The notes beneath the pieces were generated by a model, which made no database searches, had not been told where the DNA came from, and saw only the letters and a list, made by a program, of their open reading frames with translations. Below are positions 1-9,656 of a DNA stretch of 64,000 bases, piece after piece. The first letter of the stretch is position 1; each line of letters starts with the position of its first letter. The DNA is taken from NCBI RefSeq assembly GCF_031769215.1, contig NW_026782237.1, forward strand, positions 310,001-374,000. The letters are read 5' to 3'. The position numbers and the translations under genes are program-made. Source of the stretch: Ylistrum balloti. Lineage: Eukaryota.

Positions 1-80
1 TCTTGCTCAAAAATATTTTTTCTATTCCTTTACATGTCTTCAGTGCCTTTCTCATTGATATTTTTTACTCTCTCTAACAG

Positions 81-161
81 GTGTTCCGTGCCTTGCCAAA
101 GGAGCTCTTCCTGACCAGACATGTGCTAGAGATGTACATGACTATGTTATGCGATGATATG
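81..161 (+). CDS. POLR3C: POLR3C (RPC3/RPC62) internal coding exon; gene begins upstream of the window
   Basis: Acceptor ctctctaacag| and donor |gtatgg. Encodes VFRALPKELFLTRHVLEMYMTMLCDDM, which resembles the RPC3 segment IFRSLP...VLDQYLTLLADD and joins in frame to the next exon. Confidence 0.85.
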
Positions 162-1286
162 GTATGGTCCCATGAGCTCTTTAAATTTGGTCCTTTGGAC
201 ATTGGTCTGTAGGACTGTCTCTGTGTTTTCCAGCTGTTAATGGCTATTTGAACTTACTTCCATGTATTAGTGGAAGGAAGGCTGTTCAGACTATTTTGTT
301 CTTTGGTTGTACCTGGGGGCGAAATTTTAAAACAGTTGTAAGAGATGAATTACTTACATCAAAATCTTTCAGTGGATACGGTAGAAGAATTGAATGTTTC
401 AGTCCAAAGCAAGATCTTTGTAAACTATTTATTGCAGATACTTGTATGAGAATGCCTGAAATATAGGGCCAGGAATGGGATGATTATTGTTTGGTTAAAA
501 TTATTGTAAAGCACCTAAATTTCACAAATACTTTATTTCACAAAATCACCTCTGCAGACATATTTGTGAATACATGATTTTGCAAATGCTGATCTAGAAA
601 TGACTTTGAATTTGCGAAGGATGTGTTATTAGAGATATGGACACTCCTATATCACGGCCAATAGTTTCATTTTGGAGGCCATTTTCCTTACGGGAGTCAT
701 GTGACTATACCTAAAAAATATTCAGTCATTAGGTGCTTTGTCCATTCTGATTTGTATTTACTTCTTTTCACATTAATACTTAGACATTAAAAAAAACAAG
801 AACACTCCACATGCTTTTTTTTGAAGAGATAATTAGTTATTTTCAAGGTAAGATGACAGGTCAGACAAGTTTGTTCTGTGTTTGTCATTACAAGTGTGTT
901 TATACATATTATACAGAGGTCGTCCCTATGGTAAGATCTTTGAAGGTTTTACTATTGTTAATTTTGTAATTAATATAATAGATATTTTTCATGCTATAAA
1001 CTCTGTTATTGTAAATATTTCAGCATTTTTATGAATTTTGAAGTAATATTTGGTGTAACAGATTTGTTTTTGATAATATAAGGCGTGTATAATTTCAGAA
1101 CAAATGTAAACAAAATTAAAAGCAAGTTATAACAATGGAATAGATGTCATCAAGAGTACAGTACAAATAATTACAAGACATTGAATTTGTGATTGGCTCC
1201 CCTCGTATATTAATTTAGAAATGTAAGTGTTATACAGTGATAAGTAAAGTTTATCGCAGCTCTTGTCAATTTGTATTGTATTACAG

Positions 1287-1338
1287 AATGGAATGTTCAC
1301 CAAGGTTGATGAGATGTCTGGTGGTTTGTATGTTGTCA
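1287..1338 (+). CDS. POLR3C: POLR3C coding exon
   Basis: Acceptor ttacag| and donor |gtatcc. Encodes NGMFTKVDEMSGGLYVV(N), matching the RPC3 GDSGGGMYVIN motif. Confidence 0.85.
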
Positions 1339-1529
1339 GTATCCTTTTGGGCTCGGGGAAATGTTCCGAAACTCTTGTCAGAACTCTGTTGATCGGCACA
1401 TTTGGAACTGTGAAAATACTAGACTTTACCAATAATAGGTCTGAAATTACTTTTGATTTTAGAATTTCTTTGAGAAAAAGTTTTTCTAATTTATTCAATC
1501 TCACATGTGAATTCCTTGACTGTGCTGAG

Positions 1530-1590
1530 ATTTCTATAAAGGTTTACAAGAGATCGCCAAGGCTCACTTGGAGTCTGCGGTACAGGAACG
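1530..1590 (+). CDS. POLR3C: POLR3C coding exon with an apparent GAG acceptor
   Basis: Encodes (N)FYKGLQEIAKAHLESAVQE(R), colinear with RPC3 NLHKALASLATATLESVVQER. Donor is |gtgagt. The gap-free alignment needs the acceptor gctgag| at 1527-1529. Confidence 0.8.
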
Positions 1591-1917
1591 GTGAGTTATA
1601 ACTGCAGTTTTGTCTCAACCATTTTTGTCTAACAGATCAGAAACCTTAATCTGTCACTTCTTCAGTGATTGTCATTTCATTTGATGTCTCAATTTTCTTT
1701 TGCAAAATGATGGAGAATTAAATAAAATGTGCTAACACACAACCAAATATTATAATGGTTTATGTATTTTGTTAATACTTTTAGGACTTTGTCTTCTTCT
1801 ATGTGAAGATGATTGACTTGTTACAGGTAATATGTAGGTAACAATGTGTTTCATTTGATTAGAATTGCAGCTTTCTTCTTGCTCTTTCTCTCATGAAAAA
1901 CAATTTATTTTGAACAG

Positions 1918-1984
1918 ATTTGGATCCAAGTGCCTAAGAATTTTCAGAGTTTTGTTGTTAAAGCAGCATTCAAAACAAAAACAG
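1918..1984 (+). CDS. POLR3C: POLR3C coding exon
   Basis: Acceptor ttgaacag| and donor |gtaacc. Encodes (R)FGSKCLRIFRVLLLKQHSKQKQ, matching RPC3 RFGSRCARIFRLVLQKKHIEQKQ. Confidence 0.9.
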
Positions 1985-2074
1985 GTAACCTTAAAAAGTT
2001 AAACAGAACTTATTATCAAAAACCATGTTTATTTGTTTATCACTCTTTCCTATTGATGTTATATTTAACATACT

Positions 2075-2941
2075 TGTGTTATGTATTACAGATTGAGGAC
2101 TGTGTTATGTATTACAGATTGAGGACTGTGTTATGTATTACAGATTGAGGACTGTGTTATGTATTACAGACTGAGGACTGTGTTATGTATTACAGACTGA
2201 GGACTGTGTTATGTATTACAGATTGAGGACTGTGTTATGTGTTACAGATTGAGGACTGTGTTATGTATTACAGATTGAGGACTGTGTTATGTATTACAGA
2301 TTGAGGACTGTGTTATGTATTACAGATTGAGGACTGTGTTATGTATTACAGATTGAGGACTGTGTTATGTATTACAGATTGAGGACTGTGTTATGTATTA
2401 CAGATTGAGGACTATGTTATGTATTACAGATAAAGGACTGTGTTATGTATAACAGATTGAGGACTGTGTTATGTATTACAGATAAAGGACTGTGTTATGT
2501 ATTACAGATAAAGGACTGTGTTATGTATTACAGATTGAGGACTGTGTTATGTATTACAGATTGAGGACTATGTTATGTATTACAGATTGAGGACTGTGTT
2601 ATGTATTACAGATTGAGGACTGTGTTATGTATTACAGATTGAGGACTGTGTTATGTATTACAGATAAAGGACTGTGTTATGTATAACAGATAAAGGACTG
2701 TGTTATGTATTACAGATTGAGGACTGTGTTATGTATTACAGATTGAGGACTGTGTTATGTATTACAGACTGAGGACTGTGTTATGTGTTACAGATAGAGG
2801 ACTGTGTTATGTATTACAGATTGAGGACTGTGTTATGTATTACAGATTGAGGACTGTGTTATGTATTACAGATTGAGGACTGTGTTATGTATTACAGATT
2901 GAGGACTGTGTTATGTATTACAGATTGAGGACTATGCTATG
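2075..2941 (+). repeat. 26-bp minisatellite, 33 units, spanning a POLR3C splice acceptor
   Basis: Unit is tgtgttatgtattacagattgaggac. The first and last acceptor G are at 2091 and 2923, which is 32 x 26 bp apart. Confidence 0.97.
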
Positions 2942-3007
2942 ATATCTGCCAAGGAAGCTAAGGAACTGTTATACAACATGTTTTCTGAAAACTTCATCAC
3001 TCTAACA
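2924..3007 (+). CDS. POLR3C: POLR3C coding exon at the end of the 26-bp array
   Basis: Acceptor tattacag| and donor |gtaagt. Encodes IEDYAMISAKEAKELLYNMFSENFITLT, matching RPC3 VEDFAMIPAKEAKDMLYKMLSENFMSLQ. Confidence 0.92.
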
Positions 3008-3329
3008 GTAAGTGTAATGAACAGAGATATCAAATTGTAGTTATTTAACTCCACCACACTATTGTAGACACCGCAAATAAATTGTTATAAAGGTGAAAGT
3101 AATTTCTTTTCTAACATCAAAGAAGCAACAAGAAATTGATGATTGACATTTTGGCAGCTACCGTATTGACAATGCATATAGATATTAGGTGTTGCATTAT
3201 CTTGTTGTGTACATGTTCCAAAATTGTACTCACATTTATAGAAAGGTTGCTTTATTTACAAATATGACTTTAATTGGACATCATTTATTGCTGTTTAATG
3301 TACAACGTTTTATGTGTTCCATCTTTATT

Positions 3330-4206
3330 AAATTAAAAACAGGAAATGTCTATAACTCCTGACCATGTCCCCTCTCATACATTCTACCTGTTTATTGTAG
3401 ACATATATATTACAATTATTTTATGTCACAGGAAGTGTCTAAAACTCCTGACCATGCCCCCTCTCATACATTCTACCTGTTTATTGTGGACATCTATATT
3501 ACATTTATTTATTATTACAGGAAGTGTCTAAAACTCCTGACCATGCCCCCTCTCATACATTCTACCTGTTTATTGTGGACATCTATATTACATTTATTTA
3601 TTATTACAGGAAGCGTGTAAAACTCCTGACCATGCCCCCTCTCATACATTCTACCTGTTTATTGTGGACATCTATATTACATTTATTTATTATTACAGGA
3701 AGCGTGTAAAACTCCTGACCATGCCCCCTCTCATACATTCTACCTGTTTATTGTGGACATCTATATTACATTTGTTTATTATTACAGGAAGTGTCTAAAA
3801 CTCCTGACCATGCCCCCTCTCATACATTCTACCTGTTTATTGTGGACATCTATATTACATTTGTTTATTATTACAGGAAGTGTCTAAAACTCCTGACCAT
3901 GCCCCCTCTCATACATTCTACCTGTTTATTGTGGACATCTATATTACATTTATTTATTATTACAGGAAGTGTCTAAAACTCCTGACCATGCCCCCTCTCA
4001 TACATTCTACCTGTTTATTGTGGACATCTATATTACATTTATTTATTATTACAGGAAGTGTCTAAAACTCCTGACCATGTCCCCTCTCATACATTCTACC
4101 TGTTTATTGTGGACATCTATATTACATTTATTTATTATTACAGGAAGTGTCTAAAACTCCTGACCATGCCCCCTCTCGTACATTCTACCTGTTCAACGTA
4201 GACATC
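3330..4206 (+). repeat. 89-bp tandem repeat, 10 units, spanning a POLR3C splice acceptor
   Basis: cag|gaa recurs at 3342, 3431, 3520 and so on to 4143, every 89 bp. The unit is about 62 nt of exon start plus about 27 nt of intron end. Confidence 0.97.
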
Positions 4207-4245
4207 CCTCAGGTAGCCAGAATTGTTCAACAGAGATGTTTCAAG
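4144..4245 (+). CDS. POLR3C: POLR3C coding exon at the end of the 89-bp array
   Basis: Acceptor attacag| and donor |gtaaac. Encodes EVSKTPDHAPSRTFYLFNVDIPQVARIVQQRCFK, which contains the conserved RPC3 motif KTPDHAPSRTFYL. Confidence 0.95.
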
Positions 4246-5006
4246 GTAAACACAGTGTTCTGTCATCTCAATGTACATGTACAGGAACATGCCATATTCT
4301 AATATGGAGCAAAAAAATAAATAAATAATAAAACAAACAAATAGACCAAAATGTTATTCCAGGAAGGAATTTCTAGGCTACTTATTTGTCTAGCAGTATT
4401 ACGTAACACTGTACCAATTATCTCGAGGTGATTTACAAGCAACCATATATCTTATTTTGTCTTCCAAAGTATCAGGTAAATTACTGGTAATGAAGGTTAT
4501 TACCCAGAGCACATAACACCCAATGAAAAGTATCCTGCTTTTTTTATTATGTGTCATATGTTGTATACACGAAGACGCCATATTATTTTGAGACCTTATA
4601 ATGATAACTGATAATATATTGTTTCACTAATGTTAAGGAAGAAAAGAATTGTGAAAATTACATAAATTTAATTGTAACTAAGATAGAATGGATTATCTTA
4701 GTGTCAGACTAAGATTTAAACTCAAAACTGAATCACCTAGATTGGGAATCTGTATCGGAAGACTAACCCATGACACAGATACCTATAATAATTCTCATTC
4801 CAGTTCATAACAAGGTTGTTGATGACACTGTCATGGAGAAAAATGATTAAAGCTAATAAGGTTTCCGTTCTAACCATTAGTAGTGACTTACTATCCTAGA
4901 ATTATAGCTAAACATAATTTTCTATCAAGAAGTATTAGCTAAACATTTATACAGTTCCATTTGTTTTGTAAGCAATGTCATACATCAAACTTTGTTTTTT
5001 CCTCAG

Positions 5007-5056
5007 GCGGTGAAGAATGCCATGATACGACGTGAGGCTGAGGTGGCGGAACACAA
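5007..5056 (+). CDS. POLR3C: POLR3C coding exon
   Basis: Acceptor ttttttcctcag| and donor |gtaata. Encodes AVKNAMIRREAEVAEH(K); the phase fits both neighbouring exons. Confidence 0.85.
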
Positions 5057-5237
5057 GTAATACTCCAAATTATTCTTAATAAAACACTTCTATAGATTGT
5101 GACTTTTAAGCATGTCTGTTAACTGGTTCCTAAAATTTCCCACTTATCAACATGAATTATCAAAATACTGTTGTAAACAGGAAAATGGCATTACTCATGA
5201 CAGCTTTAGAGACAAACCAACTGACTCTGTTTTGTAG

Positions 5238-5375
5238 ACGAGTTCTAGACAAGAAGGAGAGAGTAGATGCCATTGTGGCAACACTGGCAGACTCCGAACA
5301 GAAGGAGGAGATTGTGCAAACTATCAGTCCCCCGGAACAGGAGCAGATTCTCAAGGTCAAACATACCGTGCGAAT
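5238..5375 (+). CDS. POLR3C: POLR3C coding exon
   Basis: Acceptor tttgtag| and donor |gtaagt. Encodes RVLDKKERVDAIVATLADSEQKEEIVQTISPPEQEQILKVKHTVR(M), matching RPC3 RLLEKSQRVEAIIASM...EMITAPERQQL. Confidence 0.9.
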
Positions 5376-5470
5376 GTAAGTCACTCAAAGTCAAACCCGT
5401 GGTAGGAATGAGTTGCCGAAGGTCAAACATGCTGAATGACTAAGTCATAAAAGGTCAAACATACGGTACA
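5353..5470 (+). repeat. Decayed 32-34-bp tandem repeat (4 units) spanning a POLR3C splice donor
   Basis: aa(g/a)gtcaaac occurs at 5353 (exonic), 5387, 5419 and 5451; taagtca is also repeated. Confidence 0.7.
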
Positions 5471-5699
5471 AAATTAAACAAATTAAAGTAAAAAAAAGTA
5501 TAAATGGAGCATTATAAAAGGATAGGTCCACTGTTTGAACTTGTATGACAATAGCTCCAATACACTGTAGAGTGTACCCTCATTATGAGTTCAAAGCAAA
5601 AATGCACATAAAAACAAGTTTACAACAGGAGTTATCTTTCTTGATGTCTCTTCAAAACAAACTGACAGCAATCAATGAAAAAGCTTTTCTTGTATTGGT

Positions 5700-5895
5700 G
5701 CAAGTTAGGCATACCCAGTTATACAACACTTTTTCTGTATTTTGACTAAGTCCAGTTATATGACACTGCTCTGCTTGGTAGGTTAAATCTAAAGGAGATT
5801 AAGTTACACAACCTTTTTCTATAATAATATAACACTATGTTCTCTATTGTAGGTTAGACCTAAGCGAGACCCAGATAGACGACACCCTCTTTGTT
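5700..5895 (+). repeat. Decayed copies of the last-exon acceptor region of POLR3C
   Basis: gtaggttaaatctaaaggagattaagttacacaacc (about 5778) aligns with the real gtaggttagacctaagcgagacccagatagacgacacc (about 5849). A weaker copy, gttaggcatacccagttatacaacac, lies near 5704. Confidence 0.6.
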
Positions 5896-5964
5896 CTCCA
5901 GTCCTATCTACAGTTGTCTACACAACACAACCTAGAGAATATTGCTGTCAAAAAGAAGCGCTGA
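5853..5964 (+). CDS. POLR3C: POLR3C last coding exon
   Basis: Acceptor ctattgtag|. Encodes LDLSETQIDDTLFVLQSYLQLSTQHNLENIAVKKKR*, matching RPC3 LDASEIQVDETIFLLESY. AATAAA follows at 5970-5975. Confidence 0.9.
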
Positions 5965-7002
5965 CAAAAAATAAATTTCTTAAACAATATAACATTGATT
6001 TTTCCATGTTTTATTTGGAAACATTGAATGCATGCCAGTAACAATGTTAAATACTATTAAATAATCATAGGTTAGTTTGTTAATAACTTGAAATCACGCC
6101 TTATTTGTAATTATATAATACGACAGATCGTGTGTGCTAGTTCAGCAATGTTCTGATTGGTTAAAAATGAACGAATCATAGAATTTGAATGCCACACAGT
6201 AGGTATGATTTACTACTTTTGTGATCAGTTACTTGGATTACTTGGATAGTGGTTATTACTATTACACATCGGAGGCATCCCGATTAAAAATGTAAACATT
6301 TTAGATCATACTTGGGACACCAAATATTTAATCCCGCAAACACCTATGGATGTGATAAGTGACAATGTACACAAAAGTTGGTTACCGTGGTTGTTGAATG
6401 ACAACAGATATCATGAGAATGGAGTTATTCCCAAGTGACAAGTCTTAGGGGTCTGCATGTTCATGCAAGCAACCTGGATTGACAACTGAATTCAAGTACT
6501 AAAAATATGAAGTACAGAATACATGATTAAAGCATGGAATGATGTCAAATAAGAAATGTATCAGCATTGTATTAAAGAGTACTGTTGTATAATATGTATT
6601 CCTGTAATCGGAATAAAAGCAACTCTGATATTGTCTGTCCACTTCAGAGACAGAATGCTGTACAAGTAGAAATTATCTCCACCTCTGGTTAAATTGCTTG
6701 TCATGCCTTTCTTGGAGACCTGTAATTTTAAATCAATTTTTTGTGTAAGAGTTATGGGCCTTCGTACACATGCAGTCCTTCGCCTTTCCCTATGTGTTTT
6801 TTTTAGGTTTTGATATGTTCTGTTACGATTAAAAATAATCTTGTCAAGTTCTCTTACCTCTGATTGACACTTATCACAGTTTGAATAATCAATGTCTTGT
6901 TCTCACTTAATTAGATTTAATATCTGATTAACAATATCTGATTAATAATACATAATCAGGGTTTTATGTTTAACACCTTGATCCACTACAACCCTGATGT
7001 TA

Positions 7003-7065
7003 TCAAGAAGTCCATGCACACTCTTTGTTTTCCTTCCAGGCTGAGCTTTCATCACCATATATCTC
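7003..7065 (-). CDS. MOCS2: MOCS2B last coding exon
   Basis: Acceptor ttattttgcag|. Encodes EIYGDESSAWKENKECAWTS*, matching the MOCS2B C-terminus WKGNKEC. The joined ORF is 144 aa. Confidence 0.92.
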   Translation of the reverse strand, partial: EIYGDESSAWKENKECAWTS

Positions 7066-7434
7066 CTGCAAAATAATAAAATATTTTAAGAAATAGAACA
7101 AGGAATGCAATACCTTATTCCTATAGCCCACAAATGATCACATCTGTCACCTAACATGTGTTATTTCTGCTATTACAACCTTTCAGTAAGTAAGTACAAG
7201 ATCAGTGATGGTCAAATGTTAAATAATGCTTTGAGTTAAACTCTGAATTTTGATAATTATAAATTTTATTTCTAAAATTCATGCATTTTTTAAACTATAA
7301 CTATGAGCTCCTTTCCACTAGTTAATAGTTGGAGCATATAACTGAAAATATGCCGATTCACAGATGATTGATTTAAAAGCCAACAAGCAAATGGCTATGT
7401 ACATTAGTTTAAAATATAAGTCATCCTACACTAC

Positions 7435-7558
7435 CTTTTTCCATATAGGTACCACTGCTTTGACTGTATCAATAGCAAAGCTGACTGCTTCTAGACTTTC
7501 TTTCCTGTGTGGTGATGACACAGCTATTATAATGCTAGCCTCTTCCACTGGTACAACA
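7435..7558 (-). CDS. MOCS2: MOCS2B exon
   Basis: Acceptor ctattgcag| and donor |gtagtg. Encodes [41 protein letters not shown], containing the MoaE motifs SSxHR and PIWKKE. Confidence 0.95.
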
Positions 7559-8029
7559 CTGCAATAGTAAGCACGGAGTTAATGAAATATGACTATCTCA
7601 TACCCTCAATTTGCCAATGATTCACAGTCGAAACAATCAGCATGTAAATCTGCAAACTAACATGCCACATAAAAATTATAACTACATATATATGCAGTTC
7701 TCACCAGATCTGTTATCTGTATGCCACTTTCTAGTGTATAATAGTCAATTTGTTGGTACAATATTGTATTGGATGAGGAGGATGTCATATTGAGATTCTC
7801 ACCAGTCATATCTCTAGAATATATACTAGATTTACAATGCATTTTTCACCAATGCAGGTTTTGCTCTCCTCATGGGATCACAGACTTTGTTGAAAAGGCA
7901 AACATGCTTCTGGTACAGGGCCATGTTATGGGTCCAGAAGCATGCAGAGATGAAAGACTACTATTTGTTATTGACCGACTTCAAAGGTTACTGGAGTCAA
8001 ATGTTTAAAAGAAGCTGATTTGTGGTACA

Positions 8030-8334
8030 TATATGGGGTCTGTAGCATGCTGGGATGAAGGACTACCAAAACTGGTTTGAAAAATTACCTTAACCAACTT
8101 TCAACGTCACATCAGTCAAATGTGTTAAAATCTATGAACAATTTTTCAATAACAAATCTTCAAATTGATATGGTTTATGAACCAAGAGCCCCCTGACTTT
8201 CATTATTTTACCAACAACATGTATAAAGTGAAAGAAGGGGTATTTTGTTTAGAAACAACATGGATTAACAAATAATATTGTGTCTTTAAAAGCTGTAGAG
8301 CAGGTGAGCAATACAGGCCTAATGGGCCACCTGT
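8030..8334 (-). mobile_element. Fragment of a Helentron-associated/pearl-like non-autonomous element
   Basis: The reverse complement begins acaggtggcccattaggcctgtattgctcacctg. It contains the inverse of the ggtagtccttcatcccagcatgctacag core found at 14570-14600. Confidence 0.5.
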
Positions 8335-9392
8335 CACAATGTTCAGTCCCTTTGGTCCAACAATGTTCCAATTTACCATTCTGAACTAGTAGCATTTTAA
8401 AGGAAACTTTACAGAACAGTAAACCTTAGGTTACAATGAGTGCATTTTATAAACCTTAACTATTTCCTGTGTGTTTGTAAAACCATGTGTGTGCCTACTG
8501 AGTCCCAATGAATAATTCATTACACAGGTGGGAGTACAAATTTACCTATTACTTCCCCTGGGAATTAAACTGCCAATATATGTGCTTTAGTATATGAATT
8601 TGAGAGACACCTAATTGATTAACTTACTGACTTAGTGTTTCTTTCTGAAAACTAATAATTCAAACTTCAAGCACAACTGAAATTATCAGGGCATCAAATA
8701 TGAAACCTAAATGACTAATATATTTGAAACCAATAGCTTGTGTCTTCAATTGAAGACCATTGCCTAGGATTTATGCTCCATCTCATTAAAACCTATATTT
8801 GCTACTATGTATGACCCTCCATTTGACAATCATTGTCACACCAGATATCCTCAAACTTGCTCCAGTTACAATTGAAGTCAGAGAAAGGCCTAAGATGTAC
8901 CAAGAATGTAAATGATGAATAATAGGGAACTTTACAAGTATTGATATTGGGTCTGTTGTCAGGGTCAAAGTCACAGAAATTAATTGTAATATTCAGAGTC
9001 CAGGAGATCACTTTCTACTCACTGTAGAAAGTTATTGGTCAATTACAGTTTAAAGTACATATTGGAAGTAAAGAGGGTGTGTGGTTTATAATTTTTTAGT
9101 TTATGCTCAAGTTGAAGGTCAAATTGAGATAAAAAAATGTATGACCAATAGATGAATAGAGGATGTCAATGTGATATCTAGAGTGCCCAAGGTCAAGATC
9201 ACATTGAGGTCAACGTTCAAGTCCACTGCCGCGATTGATAATATCTTACTCTTGGAAGGTATGTTTGTTGGTGATGTACAATTTGTATGTAGAATGTTGA
9301 AGCAGTGTGTCATGTACAGTTGTACCACTATCTCATTTATATACTTGTGTCAAATTGAGGTAAATGTTGAATTAAAGTTCCTTTCACGTATC

Positions 9393-9656
9393 ATATCATC
9401 CTCGATATTCCAGGGGCTACAATCACTTTCGCTCTCTTCACCACTGGATATGTAATGGTAAAATTGAAGGTTCAATGTGTAACACCCAAGTGGACAAGAC
9501 GAAAAGCCTTTGTAGTTGGGTGTCGCTCCTTTGTAATCTTCCAAAAGAGCATATCAGCCTGTAGTTGGTCAGTTTTTTTCTCTTGGAACCAATCAAATTA
9601 CTTTGTTTGTGCCTTCAATTTTGACATGATAACCCCTGGAGTATCGAGGATGATAT
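9393..9656. mobile_element. MITE/foldback-like element
   Basis: 24-bp inverted repeats with 23/24 identity at 9393-9416 and 9633-9656. A nested perfect 11-bp inverted pair lies at 9460-9470 and 9612-9622. No clear target-site duplication. Confidence 0.55.

Noticed and set aside
3346-4154. Six similar 61-65 aa ORFs (MSKTPDHAPSHTFYL...) as a tandem gene family
   Set aside because: They are translations of the 89-bp array with GTG starts; only the terminal copy is a real POLR3C exon.
6570-6720. Alternative MOCS2B last exon (ttacag|VSKKGMTS...)
   Set aside because: It would remove the conserved EIY...WKENKEC terminus and has no supporting homology.
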